From positions 11,341-75,340 of the IMG/VR virus record IMGVR_UViG_3300044546_000330: 64,000 bases of DNA; one strand, given 5' to 3'. The notes below the pieces were generated by a model, which ran no database searches, was not told the origin of the DNA, and saw only the letters and a program-made list of their open reading frames with translations. Shown piece by piece: positions 9,737-18,873 of this stretch (positions are counted from its first letter, which is position 1; every line of letters begins with the position of its first letter). This DNA comes from a virus. The position numbers and the translations under genes are program-made.

Positions 9737-10501
9737 ATGATACAAGTAGGAATCAACGAGGATGTAATCCTCAAAAACGTAGAACTTACCGAAAAGGATG
9801 GTAAGTGGGCTGTAAACTTTGCCTTATCTCAGGGTGGGCAAGAAGACGCAGGTGATGACCCTCTTAATGAGGTGTATGATGAAGATGGGATGCTTGTTAC
9901 CGGTTCAGGTGGAGGTATGAATATCAAAGTGTGGCCTATCAATGTACCTAAAGAGGATACATTTGACGGCAAAGCTAAGACCATCAAGGATCGTATTGAC
10001 GAGGCTAACGAAGCATCGAAGGAAATGCAAAACTTGTTTACTTCTTTTGCCCGTTGCTATCTTACATCGGACAAGATAAAGTTCGAAAGGTTTAGAAATA
10101 TCCCTATTACAAAAGACTCTATGCAGATACTTTTGAACGAGGATACTTTATTGCTTGTTACTAAGAACTTGGCTAACCAGTTCATAGAAATGTGCTCTCC
10201 TTTCTTCGGCCAACAAGAGTACAAACTTAGACTTTTACTTCGCCGCCAAAGTGTAACTAAACACTACCCGGCTTTAAGAGATAAGTTGTTACAAGCTTTC
10301 CCTTTTGTGGAGCTTATGGCTATTCCAAAGAGTGCGTCTAAGATCGCGTTCACTAAGTATGAAATTTCTAAAGGGTTAAACAGTGGCACACCGTCTGTAG
10401 CTACTGATGCTCCTGCGGAAAACTTGGCACCAGTTGATACTAATGCCTTGTTTGGAACTACAGGTGACGTTAACCTAGCTGAAGCTACTGAACTGAACTA
10501 A
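9737..10501 (+). CDS. putative single-stranded DNA-binding protein
   Basis: Lies between the ATPase and primase, has a beta-rich N-terminus and an acidic low-complexity C-terminal tail. No diagnostic motif. Confidence 0.45.
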   Translation: MIQVGINEDVILKNVELTEKDGKWAVNFALSQGGQEDAGDDPLNEVYDEDGMLVTGSGGGMNIKVWPINVPKEDTFDGKAKTIKDRIDEANEASKEMQNLFTSFARCYLTSDKIKFERFRNIPITKDSMQILLNEDTLLLVTKNLANQFIEMCSPFFGQQEYKLRLLLRRQSVTKHYPALRDKLLQAFPFVELMAIPKSASKIAFTKYEISKGLNSGTPSVATDAPAENLAPVDTNALFGTTGDVNLAEATELN

Positions 10502-10506
10502 GTCTT

Positions 10507-11463
10507 ATGCTTACACTGGACCAACTCAGTGAGCAAGAAATATTAGAGCGAGTCGATGAGTACTCGCTCTATTGTTTTTATCTGGAGTTTGAACCTGTTA
10601 TAGGTAGAAAGTACCAGTCTAGACTTCGTACTAGAGATGACAAGCCTTCTTTTGGTCTATTTGAAAGAAAGTATGGTGGAGACCTACCGCATGAATTCAT
10701 GTGGAAAGATCAAGCTCTTCCATGCACTCCTAACTATGGAGACATCTTTGATCTTTTAATAGTACTGTATCAAGAAGTAGAGTCTAGGTATGAGGCTATG
10801 TTAAAAGTAGCAGCAGACTTTGGACTTATGGAAGAGGCTAGTCCTCTAATAAAACAGCTTGTCATTACTCCTGTACGTAAAGAACCTGCTCACATCAGGG
10901 TAAAGTCCAGAGAGTTCACTCATAAGGAACTTCATTACTGGGAACAGTACAATGTAAACAAGAGTATTCTGCAGTTGTATAATTGTACAGCTGTGGAATA
11001 CTTTTTTCTTTATGATACTGATGTAGTGCCCAGAAACCCCGTAACGTCTATGTATGCCTATAGAATCTTTGACAAGTACCAATTGTACAAGCCAAAGCCT
11101 AAGGAGTTTTATATGGATTGGACAGAAAGCTGTGTACCAGGGTTTAGTCAATTAGAACGTACTGACTTGTTGGTAATTACTAAGGCTATGAAAGATATTA
11201 TGTTTTTCAAGTCTTTAGGGTATGACGCTATAGCTCCGAGAGCTGAGAATATGATACCAGACCCTATGCTAATTCAGTGGATACAGAAAAGATATAATAG
11301 AGTGATTACTTTCTTCGACAACGATGGAAAGACTAGTCCTCACTTGTATCCTTTTCAATCTGTCACAATTCCTTTAGGAACTGAGACAAAAGACCCCACT
11401 GACCACTGTGCCAGGTACGGAGTAGAAAGTACTGCTGAACTTATAAAAGACTTACTAAGATGA
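10507..11463 (+). CDS. dnaG: DnaG-family (TOPRIM) primase, crAss-like type
   Basis: SRLRTRDDKPSF N-terminal motif, LVITKAMKD, FFDND, KDPTD. Confidence 0.85.
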   Translation: MLTLDQLSEQEILERVDEYSLYCFYLEFEPVIGRKYQSRLRTRDDKPSFGLFERKYGGDLPHEFMWKDQALPCTPNYGDIFDLLIVLYQEVESRYEAMLKVAADFGLMEEASPLIKQLVITPVRKEPAHIRVKSREFTHKELHYWEQYNVNKSILQLYNCTAVEYFFLYDTDVVPRNPVTSMYAYRIFDKYQLYKPKPKEFYMDWTESCVPGFSQLERTDLLVITKAMKDIMFFKSLGYDAIAPRAENMIPDPMLIQWIQKRYNRVITFFDNDGKTSPHLYPFQSVTIPLGTETKDPTDHCARYGVESTAELIKDLLR

Positions 11464-11696
11464 CAGAAGCAGCGGAGTTAGAACAGGAACTAGAACCTTT
11501 ATTAATAGGTAAAGTAGTTCAGATAAAGTACACTCACTTTTCAAAAGAAGAACGGGTCGAGATAGATACAGTTAACCGTCTGGCTGTAGATATCGATACT
11601 AGACCAAACCATTATCTTATACTCTTTACAAATCAAGGTAAGAGACTTGAGATAAACCTAGACGATTTTTCAACACACATAAAAGTACTAAATTAA
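11460..11696 (+). CDS. hypothetical protein
   Basis: 78-aa ORF, ATGA/TAATG-coupled to its neighbours. Confidence 0.6.
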   Translation: MTEAAELEQELEPLLIGKVVQIKYTHFSKEERVEIDTVNRLAVDIDTRPNHYLILFTNQGKRLEINLDDFSTHIKVLN

Positions 11697-12162
11697 TGGC
11701 AATACTAGAACAAGGTACTTCGCAGATTAGCGGAGGCTTCGACAAGGGTATAGAAGAAGCCGGGAGAGATGTTATGCTTGACATCTTTCAAAAGAACCAA
11801 TATCAGTACCCTGTAAAGAGTACTATTAGAGAGATAGTTTCTAACTGTGTAGACTCTATTAACGAGAGAGAAGTAGCTAAGAAGATACTGTCTGGCGCAT
11901 CTGTAGTATCTGATTTCTTTGAAGACAGAGAAGGAGATGTATACAAAGACAGTAAGTTCGTACCTGAATACTATGACCCTAATTGGTTAAGCAATGATCC
12001 TACTACTTACATTACGTATTACGAAGGCGCTACTGCCGAACGGGATAGCATCTGTATTAAAGACTACGGAGTAGGACTTGGGGGAAGAAGGCTTGAGAAG
12101 TACTTTTCACTTTTCTTTAGCACTAAGAGGCTATCTAAACTACCTTTAGGTAAGTTTGGCCT
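11696..12162 (+). CDS. rIIA: rIIA-like GHKL ATPase, exon 1
   Basis: YQYPVKSTIREIVSNCVDS (N box), IKDYGVGL (G1), STKR...GKFGL; the G2 motif is cut by the intron. Confidence 0.88.
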
Positions 12163-12234
12163 TAACATACCGGGGCCGCTGTCAGGTAACTGACATGAAA
12201 ATAAAGTGGGAGAATTGCTGGAAGTCTAAGTTAG

Positions 12235-12249
12235 TTTTACTATCTTTGT
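12235..12249 (+). promoter_or_regulatory. intron-internal promoter for the homing endonuclease (TATCTTTG -7 element)
   Basis: TTTTACTATCTTTGT, the same 15-mer found upstream of the structural gene at 21278 (- strand). Confidence 0.65.
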
Positions 12250-12268
12250 TTCCTAAACACAACATACC

Positions 12269-13048
12269 ATGCGACAAAGAAAAAGTCGAAGTAGAAAAAA
12301 GCACGATTATTTTTCAGTAATAGACACAGAGTTCAAAGCTTACATCCTGGGATGGATATACGCTGATGGCACTCTTTTAAAACGTAACGGAAATAGACAG
12401 GCACTATTTTGCATATCAGTACAAGAAGAAGACGGTAAGGAGTTCTTACCTGAGCTTGCTAAAGTAGTAGCCGACAGAGTACCTGGGATACGATATTACG
12501 CAGCACAGAAGCTTAGAGGAGAAAAGCCACAGATGAGAGTAAGTATATCCTCCGATCAGATATATGCTGACTTAGTACGTCATGGCTTACAGCAAAATAA
12601 AACTGCGTATGGCATGACTTACCCTACTACTTTACCTTCTGAACTAGAGCATCATTTTATACGTGGGTTCTTAGATGGGGACGGTAGTATCATGTACAGC
12701 CAAACTGTCTCTACTTATGTTCCAAAAACTAAGCCTAAGACAAACGTCTTAAGAGACAGGGGACGTATAGCCTTTATAGGAACTGATAAAGCGTTCTTAG
12801 AAGAGATACGAAAAAGACTTCCTATTACAAAGTGTTACTACGGGGGTAAGCAGTCCAAGAACATGTTTACTCACGTACTTTGGGTTGAGCGTGCTTTAGA
12901 TGTAAGAGCGTGTATAGCATACCTATATAAAGACGCCACATGGTTTTTGTCAAGAAAGAAAAGTAAAGCTGATAAGATAATCAGCAGCCGAGCCTTACGT
13001 GCAAGTAAGGAAGGTTCAGAGACTACCGGAGCAGTAGAGTCTGCTTAA
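12269..13048 (+). CDS. double-motif LAGLIDADG homing endonuclease, intron-encoded
   Basis: KAYILGWIYADGT and HFIRGFLDGDGSI motifs; inserted in the P5 loop. Confidence 0.92.
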   Translation: MRQRKSRSRKKHDYFSVIDTEFKAYILGWIYADGTLLKRNGNRQALFCISVQEEDGKEFLPELAKVVADRVPGIRYYAAQKLRGEKPQMRVSISSDQIYADLVRHGLQQNKTAYGMTYPTTLPSELEHHFIRGFLDGDGSIMYSQTVSTYVPKTKPKTNVLRDRGRIAFIGTDKAFLEEIRKRLPITKCYYGGKQSKNMFTHVLWVERALDVRACIAYLYKDATWFLSRKKSKADKIISSRALRASKEGSETTGAVESA

Positions 13049-13161
13049 TAACCGGAAGTAGTATAGAGTAGTTTCTATATGAAACAGCACCCACCTCCGT
13101 GTGAAGACGCACGGATGATGATATAGTCCGACACTCTTGGAAACAAGAGATTACAGATTCG

Positions 13162-15445
13162 CGGTAATAAAGCGCCCTTATCTTTAGAGATGGGGTACTA
13201 TACAGTAGAGTCAAGATACAACGGGCAACTGTACAGGTTCAATGTCTACAAAGGTAAGGTAGAATCTATCATACCTAAGTTTAACATAAAGACAGGGCAG
13301 GAGAACACTGCTCACGAGATGCCAACTCCCTCTGGCGTACCTTACATTTACTACAGCGAAGTCACTACTGAAAAGAATGGAGTATCTGTAATAGTAGAAG
13401 CCAAGAAACCGCATAAAGAACTGTACCGTGATGCAGTCCAATCTCAGTTGCTTTACTTTGACAACATAAACTTTCAGATAATCAAAGAAGGGTATGTAGA
13501 CCAAGTAGATTACAAAGCTGACATTATTTATGAGGATGAGTACCTTGTTATGTCTAACAACTCTTATTACTCCAAACCCCATTTACTTCTTAACAGGGTA
13601 AACTATGGGTACATAAACTTTGGAGAGTTAGAGATACAGGACAAGATAGGTAACATTGGTATCAAAGTACTGCCTGAAGACGTAGAGATTTCACCGTCTA
13701 GGGAATCTTTGGTGTGGAATGACAAGACTAAGGAGACTATTCTTAGTAGATTTAAGGCAGCGGTACAAAGTGCCACAGTACTTGTACAAGAAGAGCTCAA
13801 GGAAAAGGACTTTCTAAGATGGGTAAAGCTTTGCTATGGCATGCAAAACAGGTATTCAAGTGATAAGGCTAATGGCACTGTAGTGGAAAGACTGTCGTGT
13901 ATCATAGATATGGCTTCTTTAGAACCCACTTATAATGGTACTGATATAAAGTTTAACCATAACGTGCTAGACTTCCTACTCGTAGAGAAAGTAGAAATAA
14001 TTAAGACTAAAAAAGCGAACAAAGTAAGTAACAAGGTAGACAGAAAAAGAGTTTACACTTTATACGATGCTATGAATTCCAAAGTAGTAATTTCTACCGG
14101 TAAGAGAAACAATCGTAAAGACAAGTACCTATTAAGTACTGCAGATAAGTTTGTACGAGTAAAACCCCCATATTGGTTAACAGAAGAGTCACAGTCTCTT
14201 AGTAAAGAGGAGTTACTTGAAACCATATTGGAAGGTTACGTTTCTGAATCGCACAAAGAAGAGATAAGAAAGAAGTTTAATGCTAACAACTCTGTTGAAG
14301 TATGGAACTTGCTAAAGTCTTCTATAGATGTGCTAGACTACGAAGCCATAGAAGTCCCTGATAGCTTTGTCGCTTCGAACAATGAAGAAGATGAGGAGAT
14401 CATAGAAACTGAGGAGGAGAAACAAGAAGCTGCTATGTCTAATGAGGAACGAAGAAAGTTACACAACAAGGTAGTAATACACACTCCAAGATTTGTATCC
14501 GATTCTCGTGCACCTCAGTTTATAGAATGGCAGAAACTTGAAGTAACTGTAAAAGAGATCGAAGCCTGGGATGCTGCAGAAGTGTACTATGGTAACGACG
14601 TAGATGGCGATACTATTAAACTTGTAGCTATGTTGTCTCGTAAAGTGAACAATGAAAGTGACTGTGTATGGCTTCCAAAAGGTGTTACTATTGAGGGCGA
14701 TGCTAATCCGGGAGAAGAAGGCCACTACTCTGAATGGCGTAAATCAAAGTTTGACGAGTCCATCACAGCGGGCGTAGCATATAGGTGTTCTCATTTCTTT
14801 GACAATACGCAGATTAAACTGATAAAAGTTTCTCAACAGACTACTAAACTGTATAAGAACTTTTACCACATAAACAAATTCTTTTACCGTTTAAACAGAG
14901 GTGTACTTACCATGAGCAATGTACTAATACAGTGGAATACTTCCCGCTTAATTAAACAGGACCTTCATAAGTTGAACTTCTTATGGAACTATCCTTTCTC
15001 GCAAGAGAAGAAAGACCAGTTTAGAGAGATAGTAAAGTATGTCAAACTTAACTATAGGCCGATGGCAGGGTTTCAAGATAAAGGTGTTGCACCTGAAGCT
15101 TTAAACAACTTGACTGCACATCTTGATAAGGTACTGCAGTTTCAACTCTTTGTCAAAGAAGGGCATGCGTCAGAAGACATAGCTAAACTTGCTTCCGAAA
15201 TGTGGGGCAGTGAATCTGTAGTTGACGGCCAGGCTATTGACATGGCAGTATGGGACAAGTTTAAAGCTTTGCTTGAGTGGTCAGAACCTATTAGAGTACT
15301 ATTAAATGAGATGACAGCGTTAACAGGCATTGATGGTGTAGCTCTAACAGAAGTTGACCAATACCAAGATAGACAAGAGTGCCTTATTAAAGAAGAACTT
15401 GAACACTCTCTTATTTCGTATATCAAGTCTAAGAACGTATCTTAG
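13162..15445 (+). CDS. rIIA: rIIA-like protein, exon 2 (spliced product 916 aa)
   Basis: Continues GNKAPLSLEMGYYTVESRYNG, NGVSV, VEISPSRESL; followed by rIIB. Confidence 0.88.
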
Positions 15446-15460
15446 CATAAAATCTCAAAC

Positions 15461-16645
15461 ATGATGATTATAGTAAACAACATCAACAACGAAAGAATTG
15501 TTGGTACAGCATCAGGAGAAGCTTTCTCAGTTACTTACTCTGAAAAGAAGTATAACTTAATGAAAGAACTCCAAAACAAAGCAGAGGACGCTACTACTGT
15601 AGACGAACTTAAAGCTATCTTAGAAGAGTTTACACCTCTTACTAAAGAAAGCTATAAGGAAATCATAGAGCAAGCCTGTCCTTATGTAGTGTGTAACCCT
15701 CACACTAATAAGTTCTATCTGAAGTACAATGGAGTAGTGTCAAGCCGACCTATGCCAAACGAGTTTGCAGAAAGACTTGTTAAGTCCGCAGAAAAGGGAA
15801 TTGATTTCATGCCTTACGTGTACATGTGGGTCCGTTATTTAAGAGAAGCTGAAGGCCGACCGGCTTACAGTTTACAAAGAGCTAACGACTTTGCCAAGTA
15901 TGTAACGGCTACCTTTTGTAATCCTAGAACAGTAACACAACTTATGGACGACTTTGGCCTGTCAAGAGAAGCTGCTGTCAAACAAGCAACTCTACCACAA
16001 GTTTCAGTTACGAAAGAAGGTCTATTGTGTACCTTTAAAGTTAGTACTGAGATTCGTCACAGATATGACTTGAACGAGGACGAAGAAGTAGTTGTAAAAA
16101 GTAGGTACAAGAAGAGTGTTGATCCTGATACAGGAGAAGTAACTTTTACTGAGCCAGACTTTGCTGAAGACTTATTGTTTGAACCTGCTGTAATGGGCGA
16201 AAGAGGAGATGCTTTTAACTGTGTCTCTATTAATGGCGCCTTTAACAAGAAAGGTCACCACATCCGCGTAGGCTGTCGTCACTTCTTGGATAGCTGGGAT
16301 CAAGTAGGTCCTCCTATGGGTCCTGGTTTACACGTTGGTAACCTGGATTACATTGGAACGTACCAAACTGACCAGACTGTTACTCATAACGTATTTGTAG
16401 ACCCTGCTCATATCCATACTGTGAATCCTAACGGGCATGGAGACGGTGCTTTGACTTGTATTGAGTACTTTGTTCACAGTTCCTTTAAGGGGCAGAACAA
16501 AACTCTGTATAACTCGTCAGAGTATGCTAAGTTCCACGATGAAGAGTACGTAAAGTACTTGAATGAAGTGGTAAAAGCTTCTGCTATGAAGAAGGAGGAA
16601 GTTGATCAGTTTGAGTCTGAAGCCAAATCTCTGATTAAAGCCTAG
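15461..16645 (+). CDS. rIIB: rIIB-like protein
   Basis: VTKEGLLCTFK, GLHVGNLDYI, VFVDPAHI; adjacent to rIIA. Confidence 0.8.
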   Translation: MMIIVNNINNERIVGTASGEAFSVTYSEKKYNLMKELQNKAEDATTVDELKAILEEFTPLTKESYKEIIEQACPYVVCNPHTNKFYLKYNGVVSSRPMPNEFAERLVKSAEKGIDFMPYVYMWVRYLREAEGRPAYSLQRANDFAKYVTATFCNPRTVTQLMDDFGLSREAAVKQATLPQVSVTKEGLLCTFKVSTEIRHRYDLNEDEEVVVKSRYKKSVDPDTGEVTFTEPDFAEDLLFEPAVMGERGDAFNCVSINGAFNKKGHHIRVGCRHFLDSWDQVGPPMGPGLHVGNLDYIGTYQTDQTVTHNVFVDPAHIHTVNPNGHGDGALTCIEYFVHSSFKGQNKTLYNSSEYAKFHDEEYVKYLNEVVKASAMKKEEVDQFESEAKSLIKA

Positions 16646-16658
16646 TCTTATCACCTAA

Positions 16659-16690
16659 GAAGGGGAGTGTAATAGCTCCCTTTCTTTTTT
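16659..16690 (+). terminator. Rho-independent terminator after rIIB
   Basis: AAGGGGAG-TGTAATAG-CTCCCTTT hairpin followed by CTTTTTT. Confidence 0.8.
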
Positions 16691-16700
16691 AAACTTAAAT

Positions 16701-17168
16701 ATGAACGGATCACGAAACAGAACAGCAGGACATAGCTTTGAAAGAGAGTGTGTAAAGTTGTTTAAACAACTAGGATTTACTCATGTGGAAACATCTAGAC
16801 TAGTGTCTAAGATGAGAGATTCTCAAAAGATAGATCTTGCTAACCCGGATGAACTGGAGCATGGGAGATTCCCTTACAATGTACAATGTAAGAACACTAC
16901 TACTTTGAACTACAGTAAAATCCTACAAGAAGTACCTATTACCCCAGGTATAAAGAATGTGGTCTTGCATAAGCACACGAAAAAAGTGGGCACCAAGTTT
17001 ATAAGTCAAGGAAAGTTTGCCTATATGTATATGGAAAACTTCTTTGAACTTGTAGAAGAATTAGAAAAATACAAGAAAGGCTATGAAGCTATGATGGAGT
17101 ACTTTGATTCCATACCAGAAGATGAAAAGCCTAAACTTGACCTTAAACTTAAAACACTAGGATTATGA
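16701..17168 (+). CDS. PD-(D/E)xK Holliday junction resolvase-like nuclease
   Basis: RTAGHSFERE, KIDL, YNVQCKN. Confidence 0.75.
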   Translation: MNGSRNRTAGHSFERECVKLFKQLGFTHVETSRLVSKMRDSQKIDLANPDELEHGRFPYNVQCKNTTTLNYSKILQEVPITPGIKNVVLHKHTKKVGTKFISQGKFAYMYMENFFELVEELEKYKKGYEAMMEYFDSIPEDEKPKLDLKLKTLGL

Positions 17169-17944
17169 GAGCAGCGATAATAGATGCAGATAGCATCATC
17201 TACATAGTAGCATGGAACAACAAAGAGTCTGACGAAGAACTTGTCATTCAGTCTTGTGACAGTATTGTAAACGCTATTCTTAAGAAAGCAGAGGCCACTC
17301 ATTACCTAGGAGCTTTCTCAGCCAGTGTAACCTTTAGACAAGAGGTGTACAAGGTTGCAAAGTACAAAGGAAACAGAGGAGAAAAGCCCGAATGGATTAC
17401 CAAATGGGGACCAGTTATAAAGAATCACTTAATAACTAACTGGGGCTTTGTACAAGCTTCTAAGTGCGAGGCAGATGACGTACTAGCAGCTATGGAAAGT
17501 CTTCTTGAAGACTCTTCTATAGAACTAGTGTACTGTTCTCCTGATAAAGACTTGAAGCAACTACCTGGTCTTCACTTTGATTATAGCAAGATGGAGAATG
17601 AGCTAGAATCTGTAAACTTTGAGCAGTCTATAGACAACTATCTTACTCAACTTCTTACAGGGGATGCCACTGATAACGTAAAAGGACTCTTTGGCGTGGG
17701 CCCAGTAAAAGCTGCTAAACTACTAGCTAGTTGTATAGACCATCTGGATAAGTATCAGATGGTTATCAATCAGTATGATCAGTTCTACGGTGACTACTAT
17801 GGTCCTATCATCCTTAAAGAAACTGAGACAACTATAGGGTTATTAACTCCTATTCATCCCTTGTGGGAGGAGTACAGCCCTACTATGTCCGGTTATAGAC
17901 TTCTTCCAGTACCCGAGATAGATAATGACTTACCTGAACTGTAG
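17165..17944 (+). CDS. 5'-3' exonuclease / flap endonuclease (T7 gp6/PolI-N family)
   Basis: IIDADSI, YKGNR, EADDV, SPDKDLKQLPG, TGDATDNVKGLFGVGPVKA. Confidence 0.93.
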   Translation: MRAAIIDADSIIYIVAWNNKESDEELVIQSCDSIVNAILKKAEATHYLGAFSASVTFRQEVYKVAKYKGNRGEKPEWITKWGPVIKNHLITNWGFVQASKCEADDVLAAMESLLEDSSIELVYCSPDKDLKQLPGLHFDYSKMENELESVNFEQSIDNYLTQLLTGDATDNVKGLFGVGPVKAAKLLASCIDHLDKYQMVINQYDQFYGDYYGPIILKETETTIGLLTPIHPLWEEYSPTMSGYRLLPVPEIDNDLPEL

Positions 17945-17952
17945 TAACTTTG
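17945..17952 (+). promoter_or_regulatory. putative -7 promoter element TAACTTTG
   Basis: Intergenic TAnnTTTG 16 nt before the ATG at 17969. Confidence 0.5.
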
Positions 17953-17968
17953 TCCTAAATGACATATT

Positions 17969-18532
17969 ATGGAGCTAAAAACTATGATTACAGTAATGAA
18001 AGAGGTAAATCTTTGCACCTATTTTCTTCTTCCATTGCTAGGACTTTCGGAGCGCAGCTTCGGGGAGGGCAACTTCACAAACAGCTTCTTAGACAGGGCT
18101 GAACCGTTTATTTATGTGGGCGTATCTAACCTCGATCGAATTCCCCTTGATGTAAGACAAGGGTCTAGTAAGATTGTGGCTATTGATGGTACTACTTACC
18201 TAAGATTTAGGTTTCCTGATCTTTGGGCACTTGACATTAAGAAGTTTGCAGAAGGAAAGTACAGTACTATGAGTAGTACGGCTAAACAAGCCATAAGGAC
18301 TTACTCAGGATTAATGTACAAAGAAGAAAGAGAGGGTATGATGTACTCTGACTTTAGATTGACTGCCTTAGAAAGGAGTCCAGCTTTAGTAGAGGAACTG
18401 AAGAACCATCTTTACAGCGACAAGGATTCATCCTACGGCGTGACTATTCTTGACACAGATCCAACAACTGAACTTCTGGAAGCCCCCGGCTACTACATGT
18501 TCTTTAACAAGGAAATAGAGTCTATATCTTAA
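17969..18532 (+). CDS. hypothetical phage protein
   Basis: 187-aa ORF, last of the + strand block (YFLLPLLG...F.EGKYS pattern). Confidence 0.7.
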   Translation: MELKTMITVMKEVNLCTYFLLPLLGLSERSFGEGNFTNSFLDRAEPFIYVGVSNLDRIPLDVRQGSSKIVAIDGTTYLRFRFPDLWALDIKKFAEGKYSTMSSTAKQAIRTYSGLMYKEEREGMMYSDFRLTALERSPALVEELKNHLYSDKDSSYGVTILDTDPTTELLEAPGYYMFFNKEIESIS

Positions 18533-18536
18533 AATT

Positions 18537-18572
18537 ACCCTGCACTTTCCGAAAGGAGGTGTAGGGTTTTTT
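18537..18572 (+). terminator. Rho-independent terminator at the convergence of the early and late blocks
   Basis: ACCCTGCACTTTCC-GAAA-GGAGGTGTAGGGT followed by TTTTT. Confidence 0.85.
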
Positions 18573-18588
18573 CTGCGCGCTATTGGCG

Positions 18589-18873
18589 CTAGTAAAACGA
18601 GTCAGTGGACTGAGGGCCCCATTTACCTATAGGGCAGGAACAAGTAGTGCATGCAGTCTTAGCAGAGAGAGGACAAGTACACTTAGTACACTTTAAGATA
18701 CTCCCTTCCGGGTTTAACCCTCTTACTATAGTACTGGCTACCTTACCTAACTCTCCTCTAAAAGGACAAGTATCACACACGGCAAGCCGTTGCTCCATAA
18801 GTAGCTTAGTACGTGGAGAAGCTGTGGCGTAAGCATGCCACCCTTGTGCTATTTGTAGTATACTAGACGACAA
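18589..18873 (-). CDS. small Cys-rich putative Zn-binding protein (DUF6171-like)
   Basis: RLAVCDTCP...CTKCTCPLSAKTACTTCSCPIGKW. Confidence 0.65.
   Translation of the reverse strand: MSSSILQIAQGWHAYATASPRTKLLMEQRLAVCDTCPFRGELGKVASTIVRGLNPEGSILKCTKCTCPLSAKTACTTCSCPIGKWGPQSTDSFY

Larger units (their letters stand above)
12163..13161 (+). mobile_element. group I self-splicing intron (IA-like, with P7.1/P7.2), 999 nt
   Basis: P1 GGCCU/GGGCC with U.G at the splice site; P10 UACCG/CGGUA; P2 TGTCAG-GTAA-CTGACA; P3 GTGGG/CCCAC; P4 TGCTGG/TCAGCA; R TTCAGAGACTA; S GATATAGTCC; P8 TCCGTGTG/CGCACGGA; P9 CTCTTG-GAAA-CAAGAG; terminal G at 13161. Splicing restores GKFGLGNKAPLS in frame. Confidence 0.93.

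Noticed and set aside
11696-13190. rIIA as a pseudogene, or the LAGLIDADG as part of an intein
   Set aside because: The insert has an in-frame stop and no intein splice residues; a complete group I RNA core and in-frame splice junctions explain it.
13023-13214. 63-aa minus-strand ORF over the intron 3' end
   Set aside because: Antisense to the ribozyme core and exon 2, with no supporting signals.
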